Source of the DNA: an uncultured Candidatus Saccharibacteria bacterium
GTDB lineage: Bacteria; Patescibacteriota; Doudnabacteria; UBA920
Length of the DNA: 64,000 nt
Direction: 5' to 3'
NCBI GenBank assembly: GCA_964490395.1
Contig: CAZBAS010000001.1
Span: 275,815-339,814 of the forward strand
The notes beneath the pieces are model-generated. The model made no database searches, had not been told where the DNA came from, and saw only the letters and a program-made list of their open reading frames with translations. The translations under genes and the position numbers were made by a program. Position 1 is the first letter of the stretch. Each line of letters opens with the position of its first letter. Below, piece after piece: positions 1 through 9,556 of this stretch.

Positions 1-1848
1 CAGGGTGTTATTCCGTTCTTAAAAATTGCTAACGATACAACAATTTCCATCAACCGAAGTGGTCGTAGGCGTGGTGCTGCGTGTGTCTATCTTGAGAGCT
101 GGCACTGGGACATAGAAGAGTTTTTGGAACTACGAAAAAATACTGGTGACGAGCGCCGACGTACGCACGATATAAACACTGCCAATTGGATTCCCGACTT
201 GCTCATGCAGCGCATACAGCAAGATGGTATGTGGAGCTTGTTTAGTCCAAACGAAGTTCCAGATTTGCACGATTTGTATGGCGCAGCGTTTAAAAAGCGA
301 TATGAACAATATGAGGCCAAGGGTCTTGCCGGGGAGCTGCAACTTTTCCGTCAGGTAAAAGCAAAGGACTTGTGGAAGAAAATGCTGTCTATGTTGTTTG
401 AAACTGGTCACGCGTGGATTACCTTTAAAGACCCATCCAACGTGCGCAGTCCCCAAGACCACGCAGGCGTAGTGCACAGCTCTAACCTTTGCACTGAAAT
501 CACTCTCAACACCTCTGCCGATGAAACCGCAGTATGTAACCTTGGCTCAGTAAACTTGGCGCGCCACATTACCGGTGGCCAGCTTGACCTTGCCGCAATA
601 GCGGAGACAGTGGCAGTGGGTATGCGTATGCTGGATAATGTTATAGACATTAACTTTTATCCTACTGAAGACGCGAAGCGCAGTAACCTTCGCCACCGTC
701 CGGTGGGGCTAGGTATTATGGGCTTCCATGATGCCCTGTACCAACTTGGCATAAACTTTGACTCCGATGCTATGGTTGAATTCGCGGATAGCAGCATGGA
801 AGCAGTAAGCTACAATGCCATCCTTGCTTCTTCAAAGCTTGCACGCGAGCGCGGCGCCTATTCGAGCTATAGAGGTTCAAAGTGGGACCGCGGCTTGTTA
901 CCGCAGGACACCATTGCGTTGCTTGAGGTGGAACGTGGACAAAAGATAGATGTATCCGCTGGCGGAAAGCTGGACTGGGGGCCAGTACGTCGGCATATAG
1001 CGGAGTGGGGTATGCGCAACTCGAACTGCTTAGCCATAGCGCCGACTGCTACCATTTCTAACATTTCTGGCGCTATACCGTCCATTGAGCCCATCTATAA
1101 AAATATTTATGTGAAGGCAAACATTTCTGGGGACTTCGTAGTGGTAAATGAATACTTAATCAAAGATTTGAAAAAAGCTGGTTTGTGGAGCACTGCCTTG
1201 CTGACTCAATTGAAATTCAACGATGGTAAGCTTGCAAACATTGAGAGTATTCCGCAAGATCTGAAAAATAAGTACAAAGAAGTATTTGAAGTAGATCCGA
1301 AGTGGCTTATTCGTGCTGCTGCGTATAGAGGGAAGTGGATAGACCAAAGCCAGAGCATGAACATCTTCTATTCTGGTACGTCGGGTAAAGAAATAAATGA
1401 TATATACATGTATGCGTGGGAGATGGGCCTGAAGACTACCTACTACCTCCGAACACTTGCAGCCTCACAGGTAGAAAAATCTACAGTAAACACTACTGAG
1501 TTTGGTGCCACTCATACGAGAGACAATTCCACGCCCGTGACGCAGGCTACTCCTGCGCCAACGCCCCAGAAGCAGCCAGTGCCAGAAGTGGCCCCTATAT
1601 TGCAGGCGCTTGCTGCTGAGAGCAGACCGGACCCCCTTCCCGTTATGCAGGCTGCAGTGGTAACGCCAGCGAGGTCTGAAGCTCAGGCTGGGCCAGCTCC
1701 TGCGGCATCGGTTGCTGCACCTGCTTCGCACAGTGCACCTACAGCTAAACCTGCCAGTGGCGAATATACAAACGAGACTGTGGTTATAGACGGTAAAGTG
1801 TGGAAAGCATGTAAAATAAATGACCCGGATTGCGAGGCCTGCCAGTAG
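1..1848 (+). CDS. nrdA: Ribonucleoside-diphosphate reductase alpha subunit (class I), 5'-truncated at window edge; unusual Pro/Ala-rich C-terminal linker before terminal Cys pairs
   Basis: Frame-1 ORF open from nt 1; conserved NrdA motifs (NLCTEI, catalytic-site region), C-terminal [12 protein letters not shown] redox cysteines; directly followed by nrdB. Confidence 0.9.
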   Translation, partial: QGVIPFLKIANDTTISINRSGRRRGAACVYLESWHWDIEEFLELRKNTGDERRRTHDINTANWIPDLLMQRIQQDGMWSLFSPNEVPDLHDLYGAAFKKRYEQYEAKGLAGELQLFRQVKAKDLWKKMLSMLFETGHAWITFKDPSNVRSPQDHAGVVHSSNLCTEITLNTSADETAVCNLGSVNLARHITGGQLDLAAIAETVAVGMRMLDNVIDINFYPTEDAKRSNLRHRPVGLGIMGFHDALYQLGINFDSDAMVEFADSSMEAVSYNAILASSKLARERGAYSSYRGSKWDRGLLPQDTIALLEVERGQKIDVSAGGKLDWGPVRRHIAEWGMRNSNCLAIAPTATISNISGAIPSIEPIYKNIYVKANISGDFVVVNEYLIKDLKKAGLWSTALLTQLKFNDGKLANIESIPQDLKNKYKEVFEVDPKWLIRAAAYRGKWIDQSQSMNIFYSGTSGKEINDIYMYAWEMGLKTTYYLRTLAASQVEKSTVNTTEFGATHTRDNSTPVTQATPAPTPQKQPVPEVAPILQALAAESRPDPLPVMQAAVVTPARSEAQAGPAPAASVAAPASHSAPTAKPASGEYTNETVVIDGKVWKACKINDPDCEACQ

Positions 1849-1858
1849 TTTAGTAGAA

Positions 1859-1920
1859 AGTTTATAAAGTCCATAAAGTCGAAAGTAAAACGGCCCCACA
1901 CTTTATAAACTTTAAGAACT
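1859..1920. repeat. Intergenic hairpin element AGTTTATAAAGTCCATAAAGT...ACTTTATAAACT between nrdA and nrdB
   Basis: 12-bp perfect inverted repeat; 21-mer identical to 39533-39553. Confidence 0.8.
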
Positions 1921-1943
1921 TTAAGAACTTTGAACTTCCCCCT

Positions 1944-2978
1944 ATGCCCATTACACGAACAAACCAACGAGTAGATATAAATGCCCGCCGCATTATTAAC
2001 GGTAAAGACGCGGATGTTATTCAGCTGTATCCAATGAAGCACGCGGCTGCTTGGCAAACCTACAATGCTGCAAATGCAAACCACTGGCTCCCCACAGAAA
2101 TTTCCATGCAGCTCGACATAGAACAGTGGAAATCTGCGACTGTGCTTACAGAAGATGAACGACGAGCGTTTGAAACAGTACTTGGGTTTTTTACGACTGC
2201 TGATTCCATAGCCGCCAACAACATTGTTATGGCAGCGTACAAGCACGTGACCAGTCCCGAGGTGCGCATGTATCTTCTCCGCCAGGCGTACGAAGAGGCT
2301 ATTCATACCCATGCATATCAGTACATTGTAGAGAGTTTGGGTATGGATGAAAGCAAAATCTTCAACATGTACCGCGAGATAGATGCCATATATAACAAGG
2401 CAAGTTTTGTGCTGTCGTTTAACGAAGGGATTTTTGACCCAAGCTTCAAAACTGGTACGTTTGAGAACGATCAAAAGTTCCTAGAGAACATTGTAGTATT
2501 CAGCCTTATCATGGAAGGCATATATTTTTACTCAAGTTTTGCAGTTATGTTCGGGTTCCAGCGACAGCACAAGATGATAGGGAGCGCAGAACAGATTCAG
2601 TACATTATGCGCGATGAATCCATGCACTTGAACTTTGGTGTCTACCTTATCAAAACTATTTGCGAGGAACAGCCAGAGTTGTGGACACCTGAATTTCAGG
2701 AACGGGTTATTAAGCTTGTAAAAGAAGCAGCAGCGTTGGAAATTACCTTTGCACAAACAGTATTTCCTAAGGGCATATTTGGCATGAATGCGGCTGGCTT
2801 TGAGCAGTATATTCATTACATAGCAGACCGTCGATTGCAGAGTGTTGGTTTGCCGCCGCAGTGGAACGTTGAAAATCCATTCCCCTGGATGAGCGAAGCT
2901 GCTGACCTTAACAAAGAAAAGAACTTCTTTGAAACTCGCGTTATAGAATATCAAACTGGGGGTGCGTTGCAGTGGTAG
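1944..2978 (+). CDS. nrdB: Ribonucleotide reductase beta subunit (ferritin-like di-iron/tyrosyl radical)
   Basis: EEAIHTHAYQY and SMHLNFG iron-ligand motifs; adjacent to nrdA. Confidence 0.9.
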   Translation: MPITRTNQRVDINARRIINGKDADVIQLYPMKHAAAWQTYNAANANHWLPTEISMQLDIEQWKSATVLTEDERRAFETVLGFFTTADSIAANNIVMAAYKHVTSPEVRMYLLRQAYEEAIHTHAYQYIVESLGMDESKIFNMYREIDAIYNKASFVLSFNEGIFDPSFKTGTFENDQKFLENIVVFSLIMEGIYFYSSFAVMFGFQRQHKMIGSAEQIQYIMRDESMHLNFGVYLIKTICEEQPELWTPEFQERVIKLVKEAAALEITFAQTVFPKGIFGMNAAGFEQYIHYIADRRLQSVGLPPQWNVENPFPWMSEAADLNKEKNFFETRVIEYQTGGALQW

Positions 2979-3139
2979 GGGTAATTACACGAACCAAGTA
3001 ACATAAAACATATAGCATGAAAGACGCTCAGCTTTTTGCTGGGTGTCTTTTGTTCCATGTTATGTGCTTCATGTTGCATAGTGTTTGCCTTTTATATGGT
3101 ATAATACATTTACGTTTACCAATTTATTGAAACAAATGT

Positions 3140-3964
3140 ATGCCACGGAGTACTATTAAAAAAACAGCTCAGCCACAGCCGTTTCACCAAGACCCTGTTG
3201 TGTGGGGGATTGCTGGCGCGTATTTGGTTGGTATGCTCATGGTAGGTGCTATAGCCACCATGACAAACCTTTCTGCTATGAAAGGTGGTGTTACCTATAA
3301 CCAGTCACAAGCAGCGTTCGACGATGGCCAGTCCCAGACTGTAAACAGTGTCAGCGCTCCAGGGGCGGGGCAGTCCAGCTCTATTGCCCGTTTGCCTGGC
3401 TCTACTTCCGATTCAGACAATGTTCTTGTAAATGGCAGCTTTGAAAATGTTATTCGTTCTCAGTCTAAGGTTGTAACTGATGGTACCCCGTTGTTTGGTT
3501 GGAAGGTTTCCTGGACAAACGATAAGCCACGTCAAATGAGCTTAACGCGGCAACCAGGTTTGGAAATTCTTTCTGGATACATGGGGTGGCAAGCCTCCGA
3601 TGGCTCGCAGTTTGCCCGGCTTGATACCGCAGACTTAGGCGCGCGTTCCGCTCGTACTCAGAGCTTGGTCAGCATTGGCCAAACTGTAAAAGCAAAAGCC
3701 GGAACTTACTATCTATCTTTCGACTTTGCAGCTCAGCCAAAGACTGGTGCAAAAGATAACCAGGTGGAAGTTAAGTGGAATGGTAAAAGCCTGGGCACGG
3801 TAACCGCTGATGGTGCTAACGAGAATAAACCAGTATGGAAAAATCATCGCTATACTGTCCAGGTTACTGGTAAAGCCGATACGCTCGAAGTAGTTGGAAA
3901 AGGGGACGAGAACAATCAGGGAGATTTGGTAGACAATTTCGTACTTACGCCCATTGTAAGGTAA
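3140..3964 (+). CDS. Membrane-anchored hypothetical protein with DUF642-like beta-sandwich domain (NGSFE...GW motif)
   Basis: N-terminal TM helix, NGSFEN motif typical of DUF642/CBM-like folds; own terminator downstream. Confidence 0.5.
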   Translation: MPRSTIKKTAQPQPFHQDPVVWGIAGAYLVGMLMVGAIATMTNLSAMKGGVTYNQSQAAFDDGQSQTVNSVSAPGAGQSSSIARLPGSTSDSDNVLVNGSFENVIRSQSKVVTDGTPLFGWKVSWTNDKPRQMSLTRQPGLEILSGYMGWQASDGSQFARLDTADLGARSARTQSLVSIGQTVKAKAGTYYLSFDFAAQPKTGAKDNQVEVKWNGKSLGTVTADGANENKPVWKNHRYTVQVTGKADTLEVVGKGDENNQGDLVDNFVLTPIVR

Positions 3965-4195
3965 TAGCCAGAATATAGTTGTCAGTAGTCAGTTATAATT
4001 TCCAACGATAAATTCACGATTGACCGCTGTGCCACTTTCGAGTACACTAGCCTTATGCAGCGCATATTCTATACAACTGCACATCATGCACACACACCTC
4101 TGCACCGGGGCTAGTTTTGCATGTTTACTAGTATGCACTCTAAGCCTCTAATACAGAGGCTTTTTTATTATTTTGTTATACGTTAAACTATCTAT

Positions 4196-5479
4196 ATGGA
4201 ATTATCAAAAGAACCATACAAGGGTACGCGGGATTTCTATCCCGAAGACATGTATGTACAAAAATATATTTTCGACACCATGAGAAGAGTGGTCGAAAGT
4301 TACGGCTATACCGAGTATACTGCTTCCATCCTTGAAGAGACCGCTCTATACAAAGCAAAGTCCGGTGAGGAAATTGTGAATGAGCAGACATACTCGTTTA
4401 CCGATCGTGGCGGACGTGACGTAACTATACGACCAGAAATGACACCAACGGTTGCAAGAATGGTTGCGCGTAAACGGCGAGAGCTCGTGTTTCCTTTGCG
4501 TTGGTATTCTATCCCTAACTTATTCCGCTACGAACGTCCACAGCGCGGGCGCCTCCGTGAGCATTGGCAGCTGAATGTTGATGTGTTCGGTATAGCAAAT
4601 ATGGAAGCCGACGCAGAAATAATATCCGTCAGTTACGATATTATGAAGGCGTTCGGAGCAAAGGACGAGAATTTTACGATTAAAATAAATAGTCGTAAAT
4701 TGGTTAACTTTATCTTGAACGACGTGCTGGGTTTGACGGCAGATGATGCATACAGGCTATCTAAAGTTATAGATAGAAAAGATAAATTATCAAAGCCGGA
4801 CTTTAAAGCACAGGTAGAGGCAGTGCTAGGTGACCAAACAGATACATGCATTGCATTGCTCAACGCTCAGAGTTTGCAAGAGTTGGCTTCGCTTGTCCCA
4901 CCAAATGATGGCATCGAAGACCTGCTGGTGCTATTTGAAGTATTGAAAACCAAACGCATAACGAATATTGTGTTTGACCCATCACTTATGCGAGGTTTTG
5001 ATTACTACACTGGTACAGTGTTTGAAGTATTTGATACTAACCCAATAAACAATCGCTCGTTGTTCGGGGGTGGGAGGTACGACGATTTGGTAGGGCTCTT
5101 CGGCGAAGAGAAAGTCAGCGGTGTTGGCTTCGGTATGGGCGATGTTACTATAAAGGACTTTTTGGAAGTATACGAGCTTATGCCTGCCTATAAAGCAACG
5201 GCGAATGTGTATCTGTGTCCCATGAGTGCTGAATACTTCAAAAAAGCAGACGAACTTGCTGGGCGTCTGAGGAGCAGTGGAGTCAAAGTCGTGGTGGATT
5301 ACACCGAACGTAAGCTTGCTGCACAAGTGAAGACTGCCGATAAACAAAGTGTGCCGTATATAATATGCGTTGGCGATAAAGAAGTCGAATCAAACATGTA
5401 TCAGGTCAAAAATTTGCAGACCCGAGAACAAATAGAGGTTTCAGAAAGTGATTTACTCGCAGCAGTGAAAAATACATAA
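4196..5479 (+). CDS. hisS: Histidine--tRNA ligase
   Basis: Class II aaRS motifs, TIRPEMTP, RYERPQRGR, GGGRYD; terminator hairpin at 5484-5520. Confidence 0.9.
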   Translation: MELSKEPYKGTRDFYPEDMYVQKYIFDTMRRVVESYGYTEYTASILEETALYKAKSGEEIVNEQTYSFTDRGGRDVTIRPEMTPTVARMVARKRRELVFPLRWYSIPNLFRYERPQRGRLREHWQLNVDVFGIANMEADAEIISVSYDIMKAFGAKDENFTIKINSRKLVNFILNDVLGLTADDAYRLSKVIDRKDKLSKPDFKAQVEAVLGDQTDTCIALLNAQSLQELASLVPPNDGIEDLLVLFEVLKTKRITNIVFDPSLMRGFDYYTGTVFEVFDTNPINNRSLFGGGRYDDLVGLFGEEKVSGVGFGMGDVTIKDFLEVYELMPAYKATANVYLCPMSAEYFKKADELAGRLRSSGVKVVVDYTERKLAAQVKTADKQSVPYIICVGDKEVESNMYQVKNLQTREQIEVSESDLLAAVKNT

Positions 5480-5530
5480 CGTAAAACACCCTAACACATT
5501 ATCGCGTTAGGGTGTTTTGTTTTATGAGTT

Positions 5531-7042
5531 ATGACCAAGCACAAGATTTTAATTATCATTTGTGTGGGATTCCTTTTTGGGGTCGGCGTAGGGTCCGTGG
5601 TGTTTTTAGATATGCGCTGGGTGTATACGGGGATAGGGATGGTGGTAGTGGGGATAGTGGGGGTGGTGTGGCCGAATAGTAGTTACGAGGACCAAGTGAC
5701 GAATAACAAGTTAGGAGCACTTCGTTCATTGCTCACATCTAAGTTCTCGGCACTTACGGCTCTGTTGTTTTTGCTCGGTATTGGTATTGGTTTGTTGCGT
5801 GTTGATGCAGTGTTTCAACAACCGAATGAGTTTCAGCAGTGGCTTGGGACTAAACAGGATTTTGAAGGTGTAGTGGTTACCGAGCCCGATGTGCGACCCG
5901 ATAAACAACTTATTACCTTGCAACCTACTGGGTACTCACAACGAGTATTGGTAACAATGACCCTAACCACACGCATACAATATGGCGACCTGGTGTGGGT
6001 TCGAGGTAAAGTAGTAGAAGCAAAAGCATTCGACGATTTCGACTATCCAGGCTTTCTTGCCCGTTTTAATACGTATGCCTTAGCACGATTTCCAAAAGTG
6101 ATAGTAATTGCCCATGGCAAAGGGAACGCTATGGTAAGCCTATTGCTCCACCTTAAAGGTGTGTTGGTAGTCTATTTGTTGAGTCTGTACGACAACGTGC
6201 GAGGGAACTTTCTTCTCGGTATTCTCATTGGTGCAAAGCGGGGTTTGCCGCCGGAAGTTACGCAAAATTTTATTCGAACTGGCACGAGTCATATACTGGC
6301 AGTGTCAGGATTCAATATATCTATCTTTATTACGTGGCTCGCTTACGCAGCGTATGCAGTAGGGAGGCGTGCGCAAATTGTCTTGTCCGCACTGTGCATT
6401 ATTGCGTTTGTTATTATTGCTGGTCCCAGTAGCTCTGTGGTCCGGGCGGCATGTATGGGTGGTGTGTTTATGGTAGGCATGCTGAGCGGAAGGTTGTACT
6501 ATCCACTCATAGGGTTGTTATTTGTTGCTGCTGGTATGGTCTATGTAAATCCGCGGATTCTATATTGGGATATTGGTTTTCAGCTTAGTGCTGCAGCAAC
6601 CTTTGGCATTTTGCTCGGGGTTCCTTTTTTGGAAACTCTCAAAGAGCGAACGCGCGGGTTTTATAAAATATTCGAATTACTTGCTATAACTATGTGCGCA
6701 ATTGTTTTCACTTTGCCCATTAGTTTGTGGCATTTTGGCGAGCTCAGCATTGTTGCCCCTTTGGCAAACCTGCTACTTGTGCCGCCTGTTGAAATTGTCA
6801 TGGGCCTTGGTTTTCTTTCTTTTATACCTTGGGTGGGCAATGGGTTTGCCTGGATCAATGGGTATTTGCTTGGGTGGATGCTAAATTTACAACAAGTGTT
6901 AGCTAGGCCACATTGGGTTACCAGCGAGTTGCATATATCTGGTGCGCAAGTGCTGCTTTCGTATGTGTGTTTGGGCCTGGTATATGTGAGTGTGCGAAAA
7001 CTAATGCAGAGTAGGGTACGGTCTGGTCCAGAGGAAACTTAG
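5531..7042 (+). CDS. comEC: ComEC/Rec2 family DNA internalization channel protein (competence domain only)
   Basis: Polytopic membrane protein; GAKRGLPPEV...GTSHILAVSGFNI competence-domain signature. Confidence 0.8.
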   Translation: MTKHKILIIICVGFLFGVGVGSVVFLDMRWVYTGIGMVVVGIVGVVWPNSSYEDQVTNNKLGALRSLLTSKFSALTALLFLLGIGIGLLRVDAVFQQPNEFQQWLGTKQDFEGVVVTEPDVRPDKQLITLQPTGYSQRVLVTMTLTTRIQYGDLVWVRGKVVEAKAFDDFDYPGFLARFNTYALARFPKVIVIAHGKGNAMVSLLLHLKGVLVVYLLSLYDNVRGNFLLGILIGAKRGLPPEVTQNFIRTGTSHILAVSGFNISIFITWLAYAAYAVGRRAQIVLSALCIIAFVIIAGPSSSVVRAACMGGVFMVGMLSGRLYYPLIGLLFVAAGMVYVNPRILYWDIGFQLSAAATFGILLGVPFLETLKERTRGFYKIFELLAITMCAIVFTLPISLWHFGELSIVAPLANLLLVPPVEIVMGLGFLSFIPWVGNGFAWINGYLLGWMLNLQQVLARPHWVTSELHISGAQVLLSYVCLGLVYVSVRKLMQSRVRSGPEET

Positions 7043-7210
7043 TTAGAAGTGTTTGTGGTTGTTGCTAACGCTATGTTTGCTGCAGCTGTTTCATAATTGT
7101 GGGGTTGGCTAAACATAATTGCTATGGTACAATGGTCACGATATGGAAAAATACAAACGCCAATAATAAGCGTTTATTTTTAAAACTAATAACACTAGAT
7201 ACACCAAAAT

Positions 7211-7936
7211 ATGTCTAAAAACACCATACTATGGATAGTGATTGGAGTGTTGGTTATTGCTGGAATTGCTTTTGCGGTTACGCGAAAGTCGGGATCGGAT
7301 GACGAAAATGTCGCACAGAGTCAGACTACGCAAGATACTGCGAGTGCTACAAACACTGCTGCCACAGACCAAACCCCGACACCGTCGGCTACTCCTAACT
7401 GTACTAGGGCATACGATCCTAACAAATTTGCAAATATGAAAGTTGATTATCAGGATAAAGTTGCTTCATTGGTAGTGCGCAACTTTGGTACTATCAAGAT
7501 AGCGCTGAACGATACTGCTGCACCTAAGACCGTGGAGAATTTTGTAAAACTCTCTGAGAGTGGGTTCTACGACTGTCTTACCTTCCACCGCATAGCAAAA
7601 GACTTTGTGATTCAGGGGGGAGACCCAAGCGGCAATGGTACTGGCGGGCCTGGATACACCATTCCTGCAGAAATTAAATTACTTCACACAAAAGGTGCAG
7701 TAGCCATGGCTCGTACCGGTGATGAAGTAAACCCGAAACGTGATTCGTCTGGTAGTCAGTTTTACATTGCGCTCCAGCCACTCCCTATGCTCGATGGAGG
7801 ATATACCGTGTTTGGACAAGTTACGGAAGGCATGGACATAGTAGAAAAGATTGGTGGCGTACCCATACTCGGCACCAGCGATGGACCGCCTAAAGAGCAA
7901 GTAATAATTGAAAAAGTAACAATAACTAATAAGTAA
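7211..7936 (+). CDS. ppiB: Cyclophilin-type peptidyl-prolyl cis-trans isomerase with N-terminal membrane anchor
   Basis: FHRIAKDFVIQGGDP...GTGGPGY cyclophilin core; N-terminal TM plus Thr/Ala-rich linker. Confidence 0.85.
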   Translation: MSKNTILWIVIGVLVIAGIAFAVTRKSGSDDENVAQSQTTQDTASATNTAATDQTPTPSATPNCTRAYDPNKFANMKVDYQDKVASLVVRNFGTIKIALNDTAAPKTVENFVKLSESGFYDCLTFHRIAKDFVIQGGDPSGNGTGGPGYTIPAEIKLLHTKGAVAMARTGDEVNPKRDSSGSQFYIALQPLPMLDGGYTVFGQVTEGMDIVEKIGGVPILGTSDGPPKEQVIIEKVTITNK

Positions 7937-8013
7937 TTAGAAAATAGTTGTCAGTAATCAGTTTCTTAATGTGTAACTGACTACAGACTACTGACTACAG
8001 ATAACATATTTTT

Positions 8014-9093
8014 ATGGAACTAACAGATTTCCCAGTTTTTAAAACTAAGACCGAAGGGGTAACGCAGGGCTTTGACTTAAACCACCCAAGCGGAAGACAG
8101 GAGTACTTTAAAGCCAAGGCAGGTCCAGAAATAGAAAAACTAAAAGCGTATTTGGCCGAAAAGTCATTTGTGGCTTTCCTGTTGGGTAAGAAAAACTCGG
8201 GAAAGGGTACCTACACAAAACTATTTATGGAAGCAGTTGGTGCTGAGCACGTTGCCCATATTTCTGTAGGTGACTTGGTTCGTGATGCGCATACTATATT
8301 CGAAACTGGTGCTGGCCGCGATGAGCTCGTTGCCTTTCTTGAGAAAGAATACCGCGGTTTCCACGGGGTAGAAATGGTAGAGGATATTATTCTCGGGAAA
8401 AACCAGGCTACACTATTGTCTTCTGAGCTTATTCTTGCTCTTATAAAGTACGAAATAAGCAAGCGACCAAAGCAGGCTATTTTTGTAGACGGTTTCCCTC
8501 GCGCTTTTGACCAGATTGGGTATTCGCTGTTCATGAAGGAAATTATTGGATATCGTAACGATCCAGACTTCTTCGTGTTCATAAGCGTACCAAATGCAAT
8601 AATTGATGAACGCATTAAGTACCGTGTTATTTGCCCTGTATGCAAAACGCCTCGTAACATGAAGTTACTTGCTACACGAGACGTAGGGTATGACGAAGAG
8701 CTTGATCAATTCTTCTTGAGGTGCGATAACTCGAATTGCTCTGCCCAGGGCACACGCATGGTTGGAAAAGAAGGGGACGAGCTTGGTATAGAGCCAATTC
8801 GCGAGCGCATAGAAACGGACAACCAGATATTCAAGCAACTCTTGCAGCTTAAGGGTGTGCCTCAGGTATATCTCCGTAACTCAGTACCTGTAGACCAGGC
8901 CGCAACGAGTGTAGACGAATATGAGCTTACTCCTGAATACCACTACCAGCGAAACCCAGAAACCGGCGAAATTAAAACTCTTGAAAAGCCGTGGACTGTA
9001 AAAGATGATGCAGGGGTAGAGTCATATAGCCTCATGCCATCGGCTGTTGCGCTTTCGTTAATTAAGCAGGTCGCAACAACACTCGGGTTATAA
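8014..9093 (+). CDS. Adenylate kinase-like nucleoside monophosphate kinase (long form with Cys4 LID)
   Basis: P-loop GKKNSGKGT, C-x2-C...C-x5-C LID-like zinc motif; longer than canonical Adk. Confidence 0.5.
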   Translation: MELTDFPVFKTKTEGVTQGFDLNHPSGRQEYFKAKAGPEIEKLKAYLAEKSFVAFLLGKKNSGKGTYTKLFMEAVGAEHVAHISVGDLVRDAHTIFETGAGRDELVAFLEKEYRGFHGVEMVEDIILGKNQATLLSSELILALIKYEISKRPKQAIFVDGFPRAFDQIGYSLFMKEIIGYRNDPDFFVFISVPNAIIDERIKYRVICPVCKTPRNMKLLATRDVGYDEELDQFFLRCDNSNCSAQGTRMVGKEGDELGIEPIRERIETDNQIFKQLLQLKGVPQVYLRNSVPVDQAATSVDEYELTPEYHYQRNPETGEIKTLEKPWTVKDDAGVESYSLMPSAVALSLIKQVATTLGL

Positions 9094-9160
9094 AGTCAAA
9101 ACCATTGATACTTTGAAAATAAAGAAACGCTCTTACGAGCGTTTCTTTATTTATGCAATC

Positions 9161-9188
9161 TTGTAAGGGTGTATTTTTATGCTATACT
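9161..9188 (+). promoter_or_regulatory. Sigma70-like promoter (TTGTAA-16-TATACT) for small gene 9292..9501
   Basis: Near-consensus -35/-10 with 16-nt spacer seen directly. Confidence 0.4.
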
Positions 9189-9291
9189 GCCTGGTCACAT
9201 ACAAATAATGTGGCGTATAAATGTTTGCGTAGTACGTAGAGTATATCGCAGAGTGTAAGAGGATGATCAGTATAGTATACGGAGGAAAGGT

Positions 9292-9501
9292 ATGATACCA
9301 GTCGAGGAGCGAAATATGGCCAGGGACATTATACGTGCGCGGCGCAATACCTGGGGAGATGTGGCCCTATTGCGGGCCCTTGAAGATGCGGGGTTTATGC
9401 ACGCCACGTCGGATGATGTGAAGGCTCTCAAAGAAGAGTTGGACAGGGTTCCAATGGATGATGACGTCCGTAATGCCTTTGACAGACTTTTCAAAAAGTA
9501 G
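9292..9501 (+). CDS. Small hypothetical protein (69 aa)
   Basis: Strong SD GGAGGAAAGG 7 nt upstream of ATG; own promoter. Confidence 0.5.
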   Translation: MIPVEERNMARDIIRARRNTWGDVALLRALEDAGFMHATSDDVKALKEELDRVPMDDDVRNAFDRLFKK

Positions 9502-9556
9502 TTTTGGTATACATGTGTTACAGTCGGCAGGCGTGGGCGAACCCATTCCTGTCGGC

